The notes under the pieces are model-generated. The model was given only the letters and a program-made list of their open reading frames with translations, ran no database searches and was not told where the DNA came from. From Micromonosporaceae bacterium (GTDB taxonomy: Bacteria; Actinomycetota; Actinomycetes; Mycobacteriales; Micromonosporaceae), in NCBI GenBank assembly GCA_035713725.1, contig DASTMZ010000008.1, positions 8,280 to 72,279 of the forward strand: DNA of 64,000 nucleotides. Direction: 5' to 3'. A program made the translations under genes and the position numbers. This document shows positions 34,866-45,341 of this stretch, in pieces (position 1 is the stretch's first letter; every line of letters starts with the position of its first letter).

Positions 34866-35617
34866 TCTTGGTCGGTACGTCCGGCTGGCAGTACCGCGAC
34901 TGGCGCGGAAGCGTCTATCCGGCCGATCTGCCCGCGCGACGGTGGCTGGAGAACTACGCCGAGCGGTTCGCAACCGTCGAGGTGAACAACGCGTTCTACC
35001 GACTACCGGAACGCGACACGTTCGCCCAGTGGCGTTCGCGGACCCCGGCGGGCTTCCGCATCGCGGTGAAGATGAGCCGCTATCTCACGCACATCAAGCG
35101 GCTCAAGGATCCCGCCGAGCCGGTGGCGCGCTTCCTAGACCGTGCGCAGGCGCTCGGGGACCGGCTGGGACCGGTGCTGCTGCAGCTTCCGCCGACGCTG
35201 CGCGCCGACGCCGATCTCCTCGACGCTGCGCTGTCCCGGTTCCCGGCCGGCGTTCGGGTCGCCGTCGAACCGCGGCACGCGTCGTGGTGGACCCCCGAGA
35301 TCAGATCGGTTCTCGAGCGCCGTGCCGCCGCGCTGTCGTGGGCGGATCGCCGTGGTCGTCCGGTGACGCCGACGTGGCGTACCACCGATTGGGGCTATCT
35401 GCGCATGCACGAAGGCGCCGCACGGCCCCGACCGAGCTATGGCCGGGCGGCGCTGGCGTCCTGGCTGGACCGCGTGGCAAGCGCTTTCGCGCTCGGGAGA
35501 GACGAGGTGTACGTGTATTTCAACAACGACCACGGCGGTGCGGCCGTGCGTGATGCGATCGCGTTCGCGACGCTAGTGCGCGGACGCGACCTCGGAGTGA
35601 GCCGCACGTCGGATTGA
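34862..35617 (+). CDS. DUF72-family protein
   Basis: MILVGTSGWQYRDWRGSVYP...YAERFATVEVNNAFYRLP...LGPVLLQLPP...VYVYFNND, the canonical DUF72 pattern. ATGA overlap with the upstream gene. Confidence 0.85.
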   Translation: MILVGTSGWQYRDWRGSVYPADLPARRWLENYAERFATVEVNNAFYRLPERDTFAQWRSRTPAGFRIAVKMSRYLTHIKRLKDPAEPVARFLDRAQALGDRLGPVLLQLPPTLRADADLLDAALSRFPAGVRVAVEPRHASWWTPEIRSVLERRAAALSWADRRGRPVTPTWRTTDWGYLRMHEGAARPRPSYGRAALASWLDRVASAFALGRDEVYVYFNNDHGGAAVRDAIAFATLVRGRDLGVSRTSD

Positions 35618-35623
35618 ATTCGC

Positions 35624-37042
35624 TCAAGCTGGCGTCTGGTGTGGGTGCGGGTCCGGTGGCTCAGTCGACGCGGTGTCCGCGGATGGCTTGGGCGTAAGTC
35701 GGATCGTTGCGACGTGCGCGACAACCACCGCGACGATGACGATGGGCATGACGGATACGCCGTCGCTGCCGAGGAACAACGTCGTCAGCAGGACCGCGGT
35801 GAACGGGAGACGCAGCATGCCGGCCGTCATTGCACCGATCCCCATCGCCGCCGCCGGCACGACCGAGAGGCCTGGCAGGTGGGACATCGCGATGCCGCCG
35901 ACCGCGCCGATGAACATGCCGGGAAACGTCGGGCCGCCGCGGAAACCGACGAGGCTGCCCGCGTACGCGAGGCCCTTGCACGCGACCAGCAACAGCAGCG
36001 CGCCGACCGAGTAGCCGGCGGCGTGTTCCATCAGCACCGGCAGCTGCGCCTGGCCGGAGAACAGTACGTCGGCGTTCGGATGGTCGGTCGCCTCGACATA
36101 GGCGATGGCGAGCCCGGCGATGGCGAGACCGATCGCGCCGGTGACGAGCACCGTCCAGCGTTCCACCACGCCGCGGATCGCGGTCGCGCCACGGCGCAGC
36201 AACCAACATGCCGCCGCCGCGAGCAAGCCGATCACGATCGCCCAGCCGAACTCCGCGACGGTCGGGCGCCCGACGTGGGGCAGATTCGGGATGGCTAGGG
36301 AGAACGTGCCCTGACCGGTCAGCGCGTCGAGGCCGGTGAAGACGAGCGCGCCGATGCCGGCGCCGAGCAGCCCGGGCACGAGCACGACCGACCCGATCGC
36401 GCCGGCGAGCCCGGACGCCTCGATGATCAGGAATGCACCGGTGAGCGGCGAGCCGAGCAACGTAGAGACCGCGGCGAAGCTACCCATCGCCGCCATGATG
36501 GCGGCGGCCTGCAGCGGCAGGTCGCGTTTCACGAGGCGTACGATCCAGACGGCCACCCCGCCGCCGAGCGCGATCAGCGGCGCCTCTGGACCGACGACCG
36601 CGCCGAGCGAGATGCTGGCCAGCGCCGCGATCGCGATGCCGGGCAGCTGCGCGCCCGGTGCCACGCCACCCACGTGCAAACCATCCACGGGTACGTGTCC
36701 GCCGGTACCGGGCAGGTAGCGTACCGTCGCGCCGACGACGAGACCGGCGACCACCATCGGGAGGATCGGCCACCACACCGGCTGCGCCGAGAAGCCGAGA
36801 CCATGCGGCAGGTTCGTGTAGACCCAACCCTGGATCGACGTCGTCAGACGCAGAAACCCGTACGCCGCCGCGGTTATGGGTACGCCGAGCACCGCCGCGA
36901 GGATCAGCAGGACGACGTACCGTCGCGAACGTAGGAACGACTCGGCGCGTGCGTTTGCGGCGGCCGATTGCGGCGGGATGGCATCGGCGGATCCGGCGCC
37001 GGATCCCTCAGACTCGTGCACGGCCGCCACAACGCAGGGCAC
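35624..37042 (-). CDS. ClC-family voltage-gated chloride channel / H+ antiporter protein
   Basis: 472 aa with at least 10 TM helices and ClC selectivity-region-like motifs (GAVVGPEAPLIALGG, GGPTFPGMFIGA). Confidence 0.8.
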   Translation of the reverse strand: MPCVVAAVHESEGSGAGSADAIPPQSAAANARAESFLRSRRYVVLLILAAVLGVPITAAAYGFLRLTTSIQGWVYTNLPHGLGFSAQPVWWPILPMVVAGLVVGATVRYLPGTGGHVPVDGLHVGGVAPGAQLPGIAIAALASISLGAVVGPEAPLIALGGGVAVWIVRLVKRDLPLQAAAIMAAMGSFAAVSTLLGSPLTGAFLIIEASGLAGAIGSVVLVPGLLGAGIGALVFTGLDALTGQGTFSLAIPNLPHVGRPTVAEFGWAIVIGLLAAAACWLLRRGATAIRGVVERWTVLVTGAIGLAIAGLAIAYVEATDHPNADVLFSGQAQLPVLMEHAAGYSVGALLLLVACKGLAYAGSLVGFRGGPTFPGMFIGAVGGIAMSHLPGLSVVPAAAMGIGAMTAGMLRLPFTAVLLTTLFLGSDGVSVMPIVIVAVVVAHVATIRLTPKPSADTASTEPPDPHPHQTPA

Positions 37043-37228
37043 ATAACGGTACGTTCACCGGCTTAGCATGTCAGATCCGGGCGAAGTGGATACGCTGACG
37101 GAGTTGTTCCGGCGGTCCCGCGGCGGTGTCGTGGGTCGTGATCGGGGGCGGGCGCGGTCGCGGTGACGGCAGTTCAGGTCCACATCGATCAGATCCAGAT
37201 CGGCGTCCTCCTGCCGGGGATGGCGCCG

Positions 37229-37759
37229 TCAGCCGCAGCGCGACGCGACCGCCTGCTGCAGCGAGTTATACGCGGCCAGGACACCGGTCGCGGCGGTCGT
37301 GATCGCACCGACGCTGTTGGAACCGGGACTGGCGCTCGCCGACGCCACCGCCGACTTCAGATTTGCCAGCGCGCTGCGCATCTGGGCGACCTGCGGGGCG
37401 AACTGTGTCTGTGCGGCCGCGGCGAACTCGTTCAGGCTGGCCTGAATGTTGTCGATGGCGGCCTGCACGCCCGGCAGCCCGGCGGACGGATCGAGCGACG
37501 TGAGGTTCTGCACCGACGCCTTGAGCTTCGCCGCCGCGTTGCACAATGCCGCGGCGGTGCCAGTGGGCTGTGGGCTGGACGGGGCGACCGACGGCGATGT
37601 GGTGGCAGGACTCGGCGACGGATTGCCGCCACCGTTGTTCGAGCAGGCGGCGATCGCCGCGCCGAGGCAGAGCAGCACGACTGGGACAGCCGCACGCCAC
37701 CGTTGGCGCGGCAAACGGCTCTGCCGTGGAGTGTGGCCGTGCGGTCGGCGGCTCTGCAT
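37229..37759 (-). CDS. Hypothetical lipoprotein
   Basis: Internal ATG (MQSRRPHG), signal peptide with lipobox AIAAC, S/P-rich linker and a helical A/Q-rich C-domain. The ORF-track 5' extension is rejected. Confidence 0.55.
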   Translation of the reverse strand: MQSRRPHGHTPRQSRLPRQRWRAAVPVVLLCLGAAIAACSNNGGGNPSPSPATTSPSVAPSSPQPTGTAAALCNAAAKLKASVQNLTSLDPSAGLPGVQAAIDNIQASLNEFAAAAQTQFAPQVAQMRSALANLKSAVASASASPGSNSVGAITTAATGVLAAYNSLQQAVASRCG

Positions 37760-37859
37760 GGGCTCTTCATACCGCCGCGGCCGGGCGCGTCGTCGCGGAT
37801 CCGGCGACATCGTTATGAGCGCCGTCCTGACGAGGCGCTGATGCGGGCGGCGGTGCGCC

Positions 37860-38708
37860 GTGACTCGTGACGACGAGCCCAACGGCGAGCCCGACAGCGA
37901 GACCGACAGGAAAGCCGGCAGCGAACCCGACGGCGAGCCCGGCAGCGAGCCCGGCAGCGGCGAGGCAGGGCGCAGACTGGGCGACGAGCCGGAACGTGGA
38001 TCGCGGGAAAGTCGACGGCGCTTCTCGGCGGCCGACGACATTCTCCGCGGCTTCAGCCGTGGCGGCCGACCGACCGGATATCGCGCCTTCTTCGCGACCA
38101 CGATCGCGGCGTCGTTGCTCATCTGGGATCTGGCATTCGCGCTCGGCGCCTATCACACGGTGTTCTACTACCGGCTGTTCCAGATCTTCGTCGTCTCGAC
38201 CGTGCTGTTGCTGGGTTCCATCGTGTTGCGGCGCGAGATGCGCGTCTGGTGGTGGACGCGCGTGGTGCTGTGCATTCCGGTGTTGTGGTTCGTACTCCGT
38301 GGCATCGCACCCATCTACCGATCCACCGGCCCGCTACACGTCATCGAACAAACGTTGACCTGGCTCACCCTGGCAACCGTGCCGTTGACGTTGTGGGCAC
38401 TCGTCCGCGTGATGGCACCCGGCCTATTCGAGATGCGCGCGCGGCGGGTCCGGGCGCTCGTGATCGTGATCATTTCAGTCGTAGCGATCGCCGGATTCGT
38501 CGTCGGCCAGTTCAACAGCCACTTCACGAACTGTCGCGACTACGTGGTCGCGGGCGACGACGAGCCGAGCCACTGCCGGCCCACACCGGGTACCCCGGCG
38601 CCCAGCCCACCGTCGCCCAGCCCACGGTCGCCCAGCCCACGGTCGCCCAGCCCTCCGTCGCCCAGCCCACCGTCGCCCAGCCCTCCGTCGCCCAGCCCCC
38701 AGCGATAA
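37860..38708 (+). CDS. Hypothetical membrane protein with repeat tracts at both termini
   Basis: 282 aa with about 5 TM helices in the core (LLIWDLAFALGAY, IFVVSTVLLLGSIVL, VVLCIPVLWFVL ...). The core is flanked by an acidic EPxG repeat and a C-terminal SPSPP repeat. Confidence 0.6.
   Translation: MTRDDEPNGEPDSETDRKAGSEPDGEPGSEPGSGEAGRRLGDEPERGSRESRRRFSAADDILRGFSRGGRPTGYRAFFATTIAASLLIWDLAFALGAYHTVFYYRLFQIFVVSTVLLLGSIVLRREMRVWWWTRVVLCIPVLWFVLRGIAPIYRSTGPLHVIEQTLTWLTLATVPLTLWALVRVMAPGLFEMRARRVRALVIVIISVVAIAGFVVGQFNSHFTNCRDYVVAGDDEPSHCRPTPGTPAPSPPSPSPRSPSPRSPSPPSPSPPSPSPPSPSPQR
37875..37958 (+). repeat. 12 bp tandem repeat x7 (EPNG EPDS ETDR KAGS EPDG EPGS EPGS)
   Basis: gagcccaacggc gagcccgacagc gagaccgacagg aaagccggcagc gaacccgacggc gagcccggcagc gagcccggcagc. 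Confidence 0.85.
38600..38704 (+). repeat. 15 bp tandem repeat x7 (SPSPP/SPSPR units) ending at the stop codon
   Basis: gcccagcccaccgtc / gcccagcccacggtc x2 / gcccagccctccgtc / gcccagcccaccgtc / gcccagccctccgtc / gcccagcccccagcg. Confidence 0.9.
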
Positions 38709-38846
38709 CTGCTACGCGGCGTCTCGGCAGCTTTGCCGGAGACACGACGCCAGAAAGGGCGATGGTGATGACTCTCCGCGTCGTCACACCTTCGGCGGCG
38801 TCCGTCAAGCGGCACGTCGGTGCGGTAGCCGCCCGATAGGGGGCTG

Positions 38847-38875
38847 ATCCGACATTTTCCAAAAAATGTTCGGAT
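38847..38875. promoter_or_regulatory. AT-rich imperfect palindrome upstream of ndh (candidate operator of the ndh-cyd operon)
   Basis: ATCCGACATTTT CCAA AAAATGTTCGGAT (one-base indel between arms), about 195 bp upstream of the ndh ATG. It is the most AT-rich spot in the region. Confidence 0.45.
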
Positions 38876-39069
38876 TCTCTGTAATGTGATCTTTGCGAAG
38901 GTCACCCTGGCTGTTCCTGGTGTCACGGTTCGCGTCGCATCGCACGAGCCGCTAGCGAGCCCGACGGCCGACCGTCGGCCTCGATGGATGACCGGGCACG
39001 GCCGGAGCGCGCCGTCGTACGCGATCTTTCAGATGTTGTGGGCTTGCAGATGTTCTGGGGGCGCTCCAC

Positions 39070-40398
39070 ATGACCGGTTCGCAACCCGTACACATCATCA
39101 TCGTCGGCGGCGGCTTCGGCGGCGTCGCCTGTGCGAAGCGCCTCGCGGGTGATCCGCAAGCGCAGGTGACGCTCTTCGACAACAACGGCTTCCACCAGTT
39201 CCAGCCACTGCTCTACCAGGTCGCGACCGCCGAGTTGACGCCGGCAGACATCGCGTTCGATCTCGAGGAGATCTTCAAGCACCACGACAACGTCACGGCG
39301 CGCATGGCGGAGGCCACCGCGATCGACCCACAGGCTCGCTCCGTGACGCTCGCCGATGGGGACACGCTCACGGCTGACTTTCTCGTCCTGGCGGCCGGCG
39401 CACAGCCGAACTTCTTCAACACCACCGGCGCCGAGGAACATGCGTTCCCGCTCTACTCGCTGCGGGATGCCAAGCGCGTCCGATCTCGCGTCCTGCAGCT
39501 GTTCGAGGATGTCGCGAAACAGCCGCGCCTCATCGACGACGGCGCGTTGAACTTCGTGATCGTCGGCGCCGGACCGACCGGCGTAGAGATTGCTGGCGCT
39601 CTTTCCGAGTTGATCCACGACGTCATGCCGCACCGGTATCCGGACATGGCGATCGACGCGGCGAGGATCATTCTCGTCGACATGGGTAACGCGCCGCTGG
39701 GCGCTTTCTCCGACGCGGCCCATGGGTACGCCACAAAGCAGCTGAAGCATCGCGGCGTGGAACTGATGCTCGGCACCGGCGTGACGGAAGTTGCCCGCGA
39801 CCACGTGACGCTTCGCGACGGTACGACGATCCCTACGCACCTCACGATCTGGGGCGGCGGCGAAAAGGCGTCACCAGTTGTCGAGGCATCCAGTGTCGAC
39901 GTTGGACATGGCGGCCGCGTCACCGTGAACGCCGACTTGACCGTCGAGGACTATCCCGGCGTGTACGCGGTCGGCGACGCGGCCAACATCCCCGGCCCGG
40001 ACGGCGAGATCCTGCCTCAGCTCGGCAGCGTGGCGCAGCAATCCGGCGACTGGGCCGGTCGCAACATCTCGGCCGAGATGGCCGGCGTCAAGCGGGAGCC
40101 GTTCGAATACCACGACAAGGGAATCATGGCGATGATCGGCCGGCGAGCGGCAGTAGCCGAGCTTGGTGAACATCGTCACGAGCTGCACGGCCGGGTCGCG
40201 TTCGCGGCGTGGCTCGGTGTGCACGCCCAATTGCTCGCGAACACCGGCGCCGAGATCCGTGCGTTCATGCAGTGGGCCGAGGACTTCTACGTGCGGCCGC
40301 ACCACCGGTCGGCAGAACTGCTGGCCGCCTCGCACATCGACACGCCTCGCATTCATTGGCACGAGGCCCGACAAACCATCGACGACCAAAAGGACTGA
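39070..40398 (+). CDS. ndh: Type II NADH:quinone oxidoreductase (NDH-2)
   Basis: Two dinucleotide-binding motifs ([22 protein letters not shown]) and [11 protein letters not shown]...PQLGSVAQQ, typical of NDH-2. Confidence 0.85.
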   Translation: MTGSQPVHIIIVGGGFGGVACAKRLAGDPQAQVTLFDNNGFHQFQPLLYQVATAELTPADIAFDLEEIFKHHDNVTARMAEATAIDPQARSVTLADGDTLTADFLVLAAGAQPNFFNTTGAEEHAFPLYSLRDAKRVRSRVLQLFEDVAKQPRLIDDGALNFVIVGAGPTGVEIAGALSELIHDVMPHRYPDMAIDAARIILVDMGNAPLGAFSDAAHGYATKQLKHRGVELMLGTGVTEVARDHVTLRDGTTIPTHLTIWGGGEKASPVVEASSVDVGHGGRVTVNADLTVEDYPGVYAVGDAANIPGPDGEILPQLGSVAQQSGDWAGRNISAEMAGVKREPFEYHDKGIMAMIGRRAAVAELGEHRHELHGRVAFAAWLGVHAQLLANTGAEIRAFMQWAEDFYVRPHHRSAELLAASHIDTPRIHWHEARQTIDDQKD

Positions 40399-40399
40399 C

Positions 40400-41809
40400 A
40401 TGGCTGACCATCACGCCACCAACGCGCAACCAGCCGACGTGTTTGTCATCTTCGGCATCACCGGCGATCTAGCGAAGGTGATGACGTTCGATTCGCTGTA
40501 CCGGCTGGAGAAACGCGGTCTGTTGGACTGCCCCATCGTCGGCGTCGCCGTGCAGGACTGGACGGACAAGCATCTCCGGGACCACGCCCGCCAGTGCATC
40601 GAGGCGAACGGCGAGAAGATCGACGAGGCGGTGTTCAAGCGGTTCGCCGACCGCTTGTCGTACGTGTCGGGCGACTTTACCGACGCGGGTACCTACCACG
40701 ATGTCGCGAACAAGATGCGTGGCGCCACCATGCCCGTGTTCTACCTGGAGATCCCGCCGTCGCTCTTCGGTACGGTGGTCGGCAACCTGACGCACGCCGG
40801 CCTGACGAAGACCGGACGCGTCGTTGTGGAGAAGCCATTCGGCCACGACATGGCTTCCGCGCAGGCGCTCGCCGACGAGATCCACCAGTACATCGACGAG
40901 TCGCAGCTTTATCGGATCGACCACTTCCTCGGCAAGATGGGCAGTGAGGAGCTGCTCTACTTCCGGTTCGCGAACACGATGATCGAGCCGGTGTGGAACC
41001 GCAACTACGTCGAGTGCGTACAGATCACGATGGCCGAGAGCTTCGGCGTCGAGGACCGCGGCCACTTCTACGATCCGGTCGGCGCGCTGCGCGACGTCGT
41101 CGTCAATCACCTCATGCAACTCGTCGCGCTCGGTGGCATGGAACCGCCGGCCGGCCGCGACCCGAATACGCTCAACAACGCCAAGGATGCGCTGTGGCAG
41201 GCGGTGGTCAGCGCGGACCCGGCGAACTATGTGCGCGGCCAGTACGACGGCTACCAGAAGATCGACGGCGTCGCACCTAACTCCACCACCGAGACATCCG
41301 TGGCGCTACGACTCGACATCGACAACTGGCGCTGGTCGGGCGTGCCGTTCTTCATCCGTACCGGCAAGAAGCTGAAGGCAACGCAGACCGAGTTCCGGCT
41401 GGTGTTCAAGGAGCCGCCTCGGCTCGGCCTGCGAATGGCGGGCGAACAGCGTCCGGAGGCAAACCAGCTCGTCATCAAGCTTGACCCGAGCACTGGCATC
41501 CGCTTCGATCTCGAGGCCAAGCGCGCCGGACAGATACAGCCGGAGCCGATCGACCTCGAGATGGAGTTCGCTCAGGAGGGTGGCGAGGGACCGACGCCGT
41601 ACGAGGTGCTGCTGCACGCCGCGCTCGTCGGCAACAGCGCGCGCTTCACCCGACAGGACGGCATCGAGGACGAGTGGCGGGTCATGCAGCCCCTGCTTGA
41701 CAAGCCGCCGAAGGTACATCCGTACAAGCCCGGCACGTGGGGACCGAAGGAAGCCGACAAGATCACCGCCGAATTCGGCGGTTGGCGAGAACCGTGGGTG
41801 ACGTCATGA
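40400..41809 (+). CDS. zwf: Glucose-6-phosphate dehydrogenase
   Basis: [14 protein letters not shown] (NADP site), active-site [18 protein letters not shown]. The ATG lies 1 nt after the ndh stop. Confidence 0.92.
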   Translation: MADHHATNAQPADVFVIFGITGDLAKVMTFDSLYRLEKRGLLDCPIVGVAVQDWTDKHLRDHARQCIEANGEKIDEAVFKRFADRLSYVSGDFTDAGTYHDVANKMRGATMPVFYLEIPPSLFGTVVGNLTHAGLTKTGRVVVEKPFGHDMASAQALADEIHQYIDESQLYRIDHFLGKMGSEELLYFRFANTMIEPVWNRNYVECVQITMAESFGVEDRGHFYDPVGALRDVVVNHLMQLVALGGMEPPAGRDPNTLNNAKDALWQAVVSADPANYVRGQYDGYQKIDGVAPNSTTETSVALRLDIDNWRWSGVPFFIRTGKKLKATQTEFRLVFKEPPRLGLRMAGEQRPEANQLVIKLDPSTGIRFDLEAKRAGQIQPEPIDLEMEFAQEGGEGPTPYEVLLHAALVGNSARFTRQDGIEDEWRVMQPLLDKPPKVHPYKPGTWGPKEADKITAEFGGWREPWVTS

Positions 41810-43728
41810 CCACAACGCTCGATCGTCCGGGAACCGATCAGCAGCAACCGGTAGGTTCGCTCCCTACGGCCGCGGCGGTCTCGCCATATGCGCCGATTGC
41901 GGACTACGCGTTCCTGTCCGACTGCCACACCAGCGCGCTGATCGCGCCGGACGGCTCGGTCGACTGGCTCTGCGTGCCGGCGTTCGATTCGCCGAGCATC
42001 TTTGGCAGCCTCCTCGATCGCCAGGCCGGCAGCTTCCGCGTCGGGCCGTACGGCATCGTGCACCCGAGCGCACGTCGGTATGTGCCCGGCACGAACGTGA
42101 TGGAGACGACGTGGCGGACGCGGACCGGGTGGTTGATCGTTCACGACGCGATCGTCATGGGACCGATCGGTCACGACGATGTCGTCACGCCACACACCCG
42201 CCCGCCAGCCGACGCGGACGCCCGGCACATGCTGGTGCGCACCGTCGAGTGCACATCGGGACACGTCGAGGTCGAGATGGTCTGCGAACCGCTCTTCGAC
42301 TACGGCCGCGCCACCGCGGAGTGGTCGATGCAGGACGACGAGCGGCACGTCGTCGACGCGACCGGCGCCGGCGTCCGGATCCGGCTTCGGTCCGATCTCG
42401 CGCTGGGCATCGAGGCCGGCCGCGCGCGCGGTCGGCGGACCCTGACCACGGGCGACCGCATGTACTGCGTGTTGTCCTGGAACCACGATCTCGCCACCCC
42501 GGAGACGTTCGATGAGGCGAGAGCGATGATCAACGAGACGTCCGACTTCTGGCGCACCTGGCTGGAGAACTCACGCATGCCGGACCACCGGTGGCGTGAA
42601 CACTTGCAGCGCTCGGCGCTGGCCATCAAGGGACTGTCCTACATGCCGACCGGCGCAACGCTCGCGGCGTCGACGACGTCCCTTCCCGAGACGCCGGGCG
42701 GCGAGCGCAACTGGGATTACCGGTTCACCTGGATGCGAGACTCGACATTCACACTCCGCGCGCTGCATTACCTCCTGCTCGACTGGGAGGCGGACGAGTT
42801 CATGCAATTCGTCGCAGATGTCGAACCGACGGAGGATGGCTCGCTGCAGATCATGTACGGCATCGACGGTCGCCGCGACCTGACCGAGGAGACGCGCGAC
42901 GAGCTGTCCGGATACGAGGGCGCACATCCGGTCCGGGTCGGCAACGGAGCGTGGAACCAGAAGCAGAACGACGTATTCGGCGCCGTTCTCGATTCGATCC
43001 TGCTGCATGTCAAGCACAGCAACCGGCTGCCGCGGCGGCTGTGGCCGATCGTGGAATCGCAGGCGGCGTGCGCGACTCGCGTATGGAAGGAACCCGACCA
43101 GGGCATCTGGGAGGCGCGTGGCGCACCGAAACACTACGTGTCGTCGAAGCTGATGTGTTGGGTCGCCATGGATCGCGCGGCCAAGCTCGCCGCGGTCGCT
43201 GGTGAGGACGCGAAGGGTACGGCCTGGCGCCAGACGGCAGACGAAATCAAGGCGGACATCCTCGCGCGCGGTGTCAGTGACCGTGGCGTGCTACGCCAGC
43301 ACTATGACACCGACGCGCTGGACGCGTCCACGTTGCTCGCCGTCATGTTCGGCCTCCTTCCGCAGGACGATGAGCGGTTGCGTAAGACGGTGGACGCGAT
43401 CTCCGACGAGTTGACCGAGAACGGGTTCGTGCTGCGCTACGACACGAGCGAGACCGACGATGGCATGAGCGGCAAGGAAGGCACGTTCCTCATCTGCTCA
43501 TTCTGGCTCGTGTCGGCACTAGCCATGGTGGGCGAGATGGCTCGAGCTCGCGATCTCATGGAGAAGCTGCTCCGCGTGGCGTCGCCGCTCGGCCTCTACG
43601 CCGAGGAGTTCGAGCCCGATACCGGTCGCCATCTCGGCAACTTCCCGCAGGCGTTCTCGCATCTCGCGTTGATCGACGCGGCGAGCCGCATCATCGTCGC
43701 CGAAATACTTCCGGAGCAGATGTCATGA
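41806..43728 (+). CDS. Glycoside hydrolase family 15 protein (glucoamylase/trehalase type)
   Basis: [42 protein letters not shown]-domain and (alpha/alpha)6 region with [16 protein letters not shown] overlap with zwf. Confidence 0.85.
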   Translation: MTTTLDRPGTDQQQPVGSLPTAAAVSPYAPIADYAFLSDCHTSALIAPDGSVDWLCVPAFDSPSIFGSLLDRQAGSFRVGPYGIVHPSARRYVPGTNVMETTWRTRTGWLIVHDAIVMGPIGHDDVVTPHTRPPADADARHMLVRTVECTSGHVEVEMVCEPLFDYGRATAEWSMQDDERHVVDATGAGVRIRLRSDLALGIEAGRARGRRTLTTGDRMYCVLSWNHDLATPETFDEARAMINETSDFWRTWLENSRMPDHRWREHLQRSALAIKGLSYMPTGATLAASTTSLPETPGGERNWDYRFTWMRDSTFTLRALHYLLLDWEADEFMQFVADVEPTEDGSLQIMYGIDGRRDLTEETRDELSGYEGAHPVRVGNGAWNQKQNDVFGAVLDSILLHVKHSNRLPRRLWPIVESQAACATRVWKEPDQGIWEARGAPKHYVSSKLMCWVAMDRAAKLAAVAGEDAKGTAWRQTADEIKADILARGVSDRGVLRQHYDTDALDASTLLAVMFGLLPQDDERLRKTVDAISDELTENGFVLRYDTSETDDGMSGKEGTFLICSFWLVSALAMVGEMARARDLMEKLLRVASPLGLYAEEFEPDTGRHLGNFPQAFSHLALIDAASRIIVAEILPEQMS

Positions 43729-45332
43729 CCAACGGAGATATCCCATCCGCGTTCGACGTCATCATCATCGGTACCGGCGCCGGCGGCGGTACGCTCGCTC
43801 GCCATTTGGCGCCGTCCGGCAAGCGGATCCTGTTGCTGGAACGCGGTGGCTATCTACCGCGGGAACCGGAGAACTGGGACACCGGCGATGTGTTCGTCGA
43901 CGGCCGCTACATCTCGAAGGACAGCTGGACAGACCACAAGGGCAAGGCGTTCCAGCCGCAGGTGCACTACTTCGTGGGCGGCGCTACGAAGATGTACGGC
44001 GCCGCGCTGTACCGGTTGCGGGAGCGCGACTTCGGCGAGCTTCGGCACCACGACGGGATCTCGCCGGCGTGGCCGATCTCGTACTTCGACATGGAGCCTT
44101 ACTACTCGGCGGCCGAACAGATGTACGCGGTGCACGGCGTACACGGCGAAGACCCGACCGAGGGCCCGTCCGGCACTCCGTATCCGTTCGGGCCGGTATC
44201 GCATGAGCCGCGCATCCAGCAGTTGTCCGACGACCTCGCGGCGGCCGGCTATCACCCGTTCCACGCGCCGTGTGGCGTGCGGCTCAACGAGGCGAACATG
44301 CCGTATAGCATCTGTGTGAAATGCAATTCGTGCGACGGCTTCCCATGTCCGCTGCACGCCAAGTCGGACGCCGAGGTGATGGGTGTCCGGCCGGCACTCA
44401 AGTTCGACAACGTCACGCTCCTGACCGATGCGATGGCGGTCCGGCTGGAGACGAACGGACCGGGCAACGAGGTCACGAAGGTCATCGTTGACCACGACGG
44501 CCATCAGGAGTCGTATGCCGCGAACATCGTCGTGGTCGCGTGCGGCGCGGCCAACACGGCGAAGCTGCTGCTGAGCTCGGCCACCGACAAGCACCCCAAC
44601 GGCCTCGCGAACGGCTCGGACCAGGTCGGGCGCAACTTCATGTTCCACGACAGCCAGGCCATCCTGGCCTTGTCCAAGGAACCAAACCCGACGATCTTCC
44701 AGAAGACGCTCGGGGTCAATGACTTCTACTTCGAGGGACCGGACTTCCCGTACCCGATGGGCAACATCCAGATGATCGGCAAGTCGCAGCCAGAGCACTA
44801 CCGTGGCGAGAAGTCGATCGCGAAGCTGGCACCGATGTTCTCGTTGGAGGACATCGCGAAGCATGCCGTTGACTTCTGGCTGTCCACGGAGGATCTGCCG
44901 AGGCCGGACAACCGGGTCACGCTCGACAGTGACGACAACATCCGGCTCGCCTACGAACCGAGCAACCCGACCGCCGCCGACCGCCTCTACAAGCAGTTCA
45001 AGTCGATGCTCGGCGGTCTCGGTATGCATGAAGACCATGCCGTCCACCGTTTCGCATACATGAAGACCACCATCCCGATCGCCGGGTGCGCGCACCAGGC
45101 CGGCACCGCACGGATGGGCATCGACCCGGCGACATCGGTGGTTAACGCGGACTGCCAAGCGCACGAGGTCGACAACCTGTACGTGGTCGACACGAGCGTG
45201 TTCCCGGCCATCGGCGCGGTCAACCCGGCGCTGACCGCGATGGCGAATGCAATTCGGGTCGGTGACCATCTGCTCGGTCGGATGGGCGCCACCGTCACCG
45301 CCGGCACGCGGCCGACCGCGTCATCCGGCTAA
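43725..45332 (+). CDS. GMC-family FAD-dependent oxidoreductase
   Basis: N-terminal FDVIIIGTGAGGGTLA FAD motif and C-terminal GMC signature region (AGCAHQAGTARMG...NLYVVDTSVFP). ATGA overlap with the GH15 gene. Confidence 0.8.
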   Translation: MTNGDIPSAFDVIIIGTGAGGGTLARHLAPSGKRILLLERGGYLPREPENWDTGDVFVDGRYISKDSWTDHKGKAFQPQVHYFVGGATKMYGAALYRLRERDFGELRHHDGISPAWPISYFDMEPYYSAAEQMYAVHGVHGEDPTEGPSGTPYPFGPVSHEPRIQQLSDDLAAAGYHPFHAPCGVRLNEANMPYSICVKCNSCDGFPCPLHAKSDAEVMGVRPALKFDNVTLLTDAMAVRLETNGPGNEVTKVIVDHDGHQESYAANIVVVACGAANTAKLLLSSATDKHPNGLANGSDQVGRNFMFHDSQAILALSKEPNPTIFQKTLGVNDFYFEGPDFPYPMGNIQMIGKSQPEHYRGEKSIAKLAPMFSLEDIAKHAVDFWLSTEDLPRPDNRVTLDSDDNIRLAYEPSNPTAADRLYKQFKSMLGGLGMHEDHAVHRFAYMKTTIPIAGCAHQAGTARMGIDPATSVVNADCQAHEVDNLYVVDTSVFPAIGAVNPALTAMANAIRVGDHLLGRMGATVTAGTRPTASSG

Positions 45333-45341
45333 GGCGCCAAC

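Noticed and set aside
34260-34973. 5' 238 codons of the 499-aa minus ORF (33474-34973)
   Set aside because: Arg-rich and non-membrane, and it overlaps the plus-strand DinB/DUF664 gene. The internal ATG at 34259 gives a coherent polytopic membrane protein.
37760-38122. 5' extension of the minus-strand lipoprotein ORF (37229-38122)
   Set aside because: It overlaps the divergent plus-strand membrane-protein gene, and the extension is Ser/Pro/Arg low complexity. The internal ATG gives a proper signal peptide plus lipobox.
38883-38905. CRP- or Rex-type operator upstream of ndh (TGTAATGTGATCTTTGCGAAGGTCAC)
   Set aside because: The half-sites TGTGA and TCAC are separated by 11 nt rather than 6, and there is no TTGTGAA-N4-TTCACAA match. 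Too weak to call.
43854-45269. 471-aa minus-strand ORF antisense to the GMC oxidoreductase, and similarly 46706-48148 antisense to cydB and 60084-61322 antisense to ggt
   Set aside because: All are Arg/Asp/Val-rich translations without motifs, opposite genes with strong family matches.
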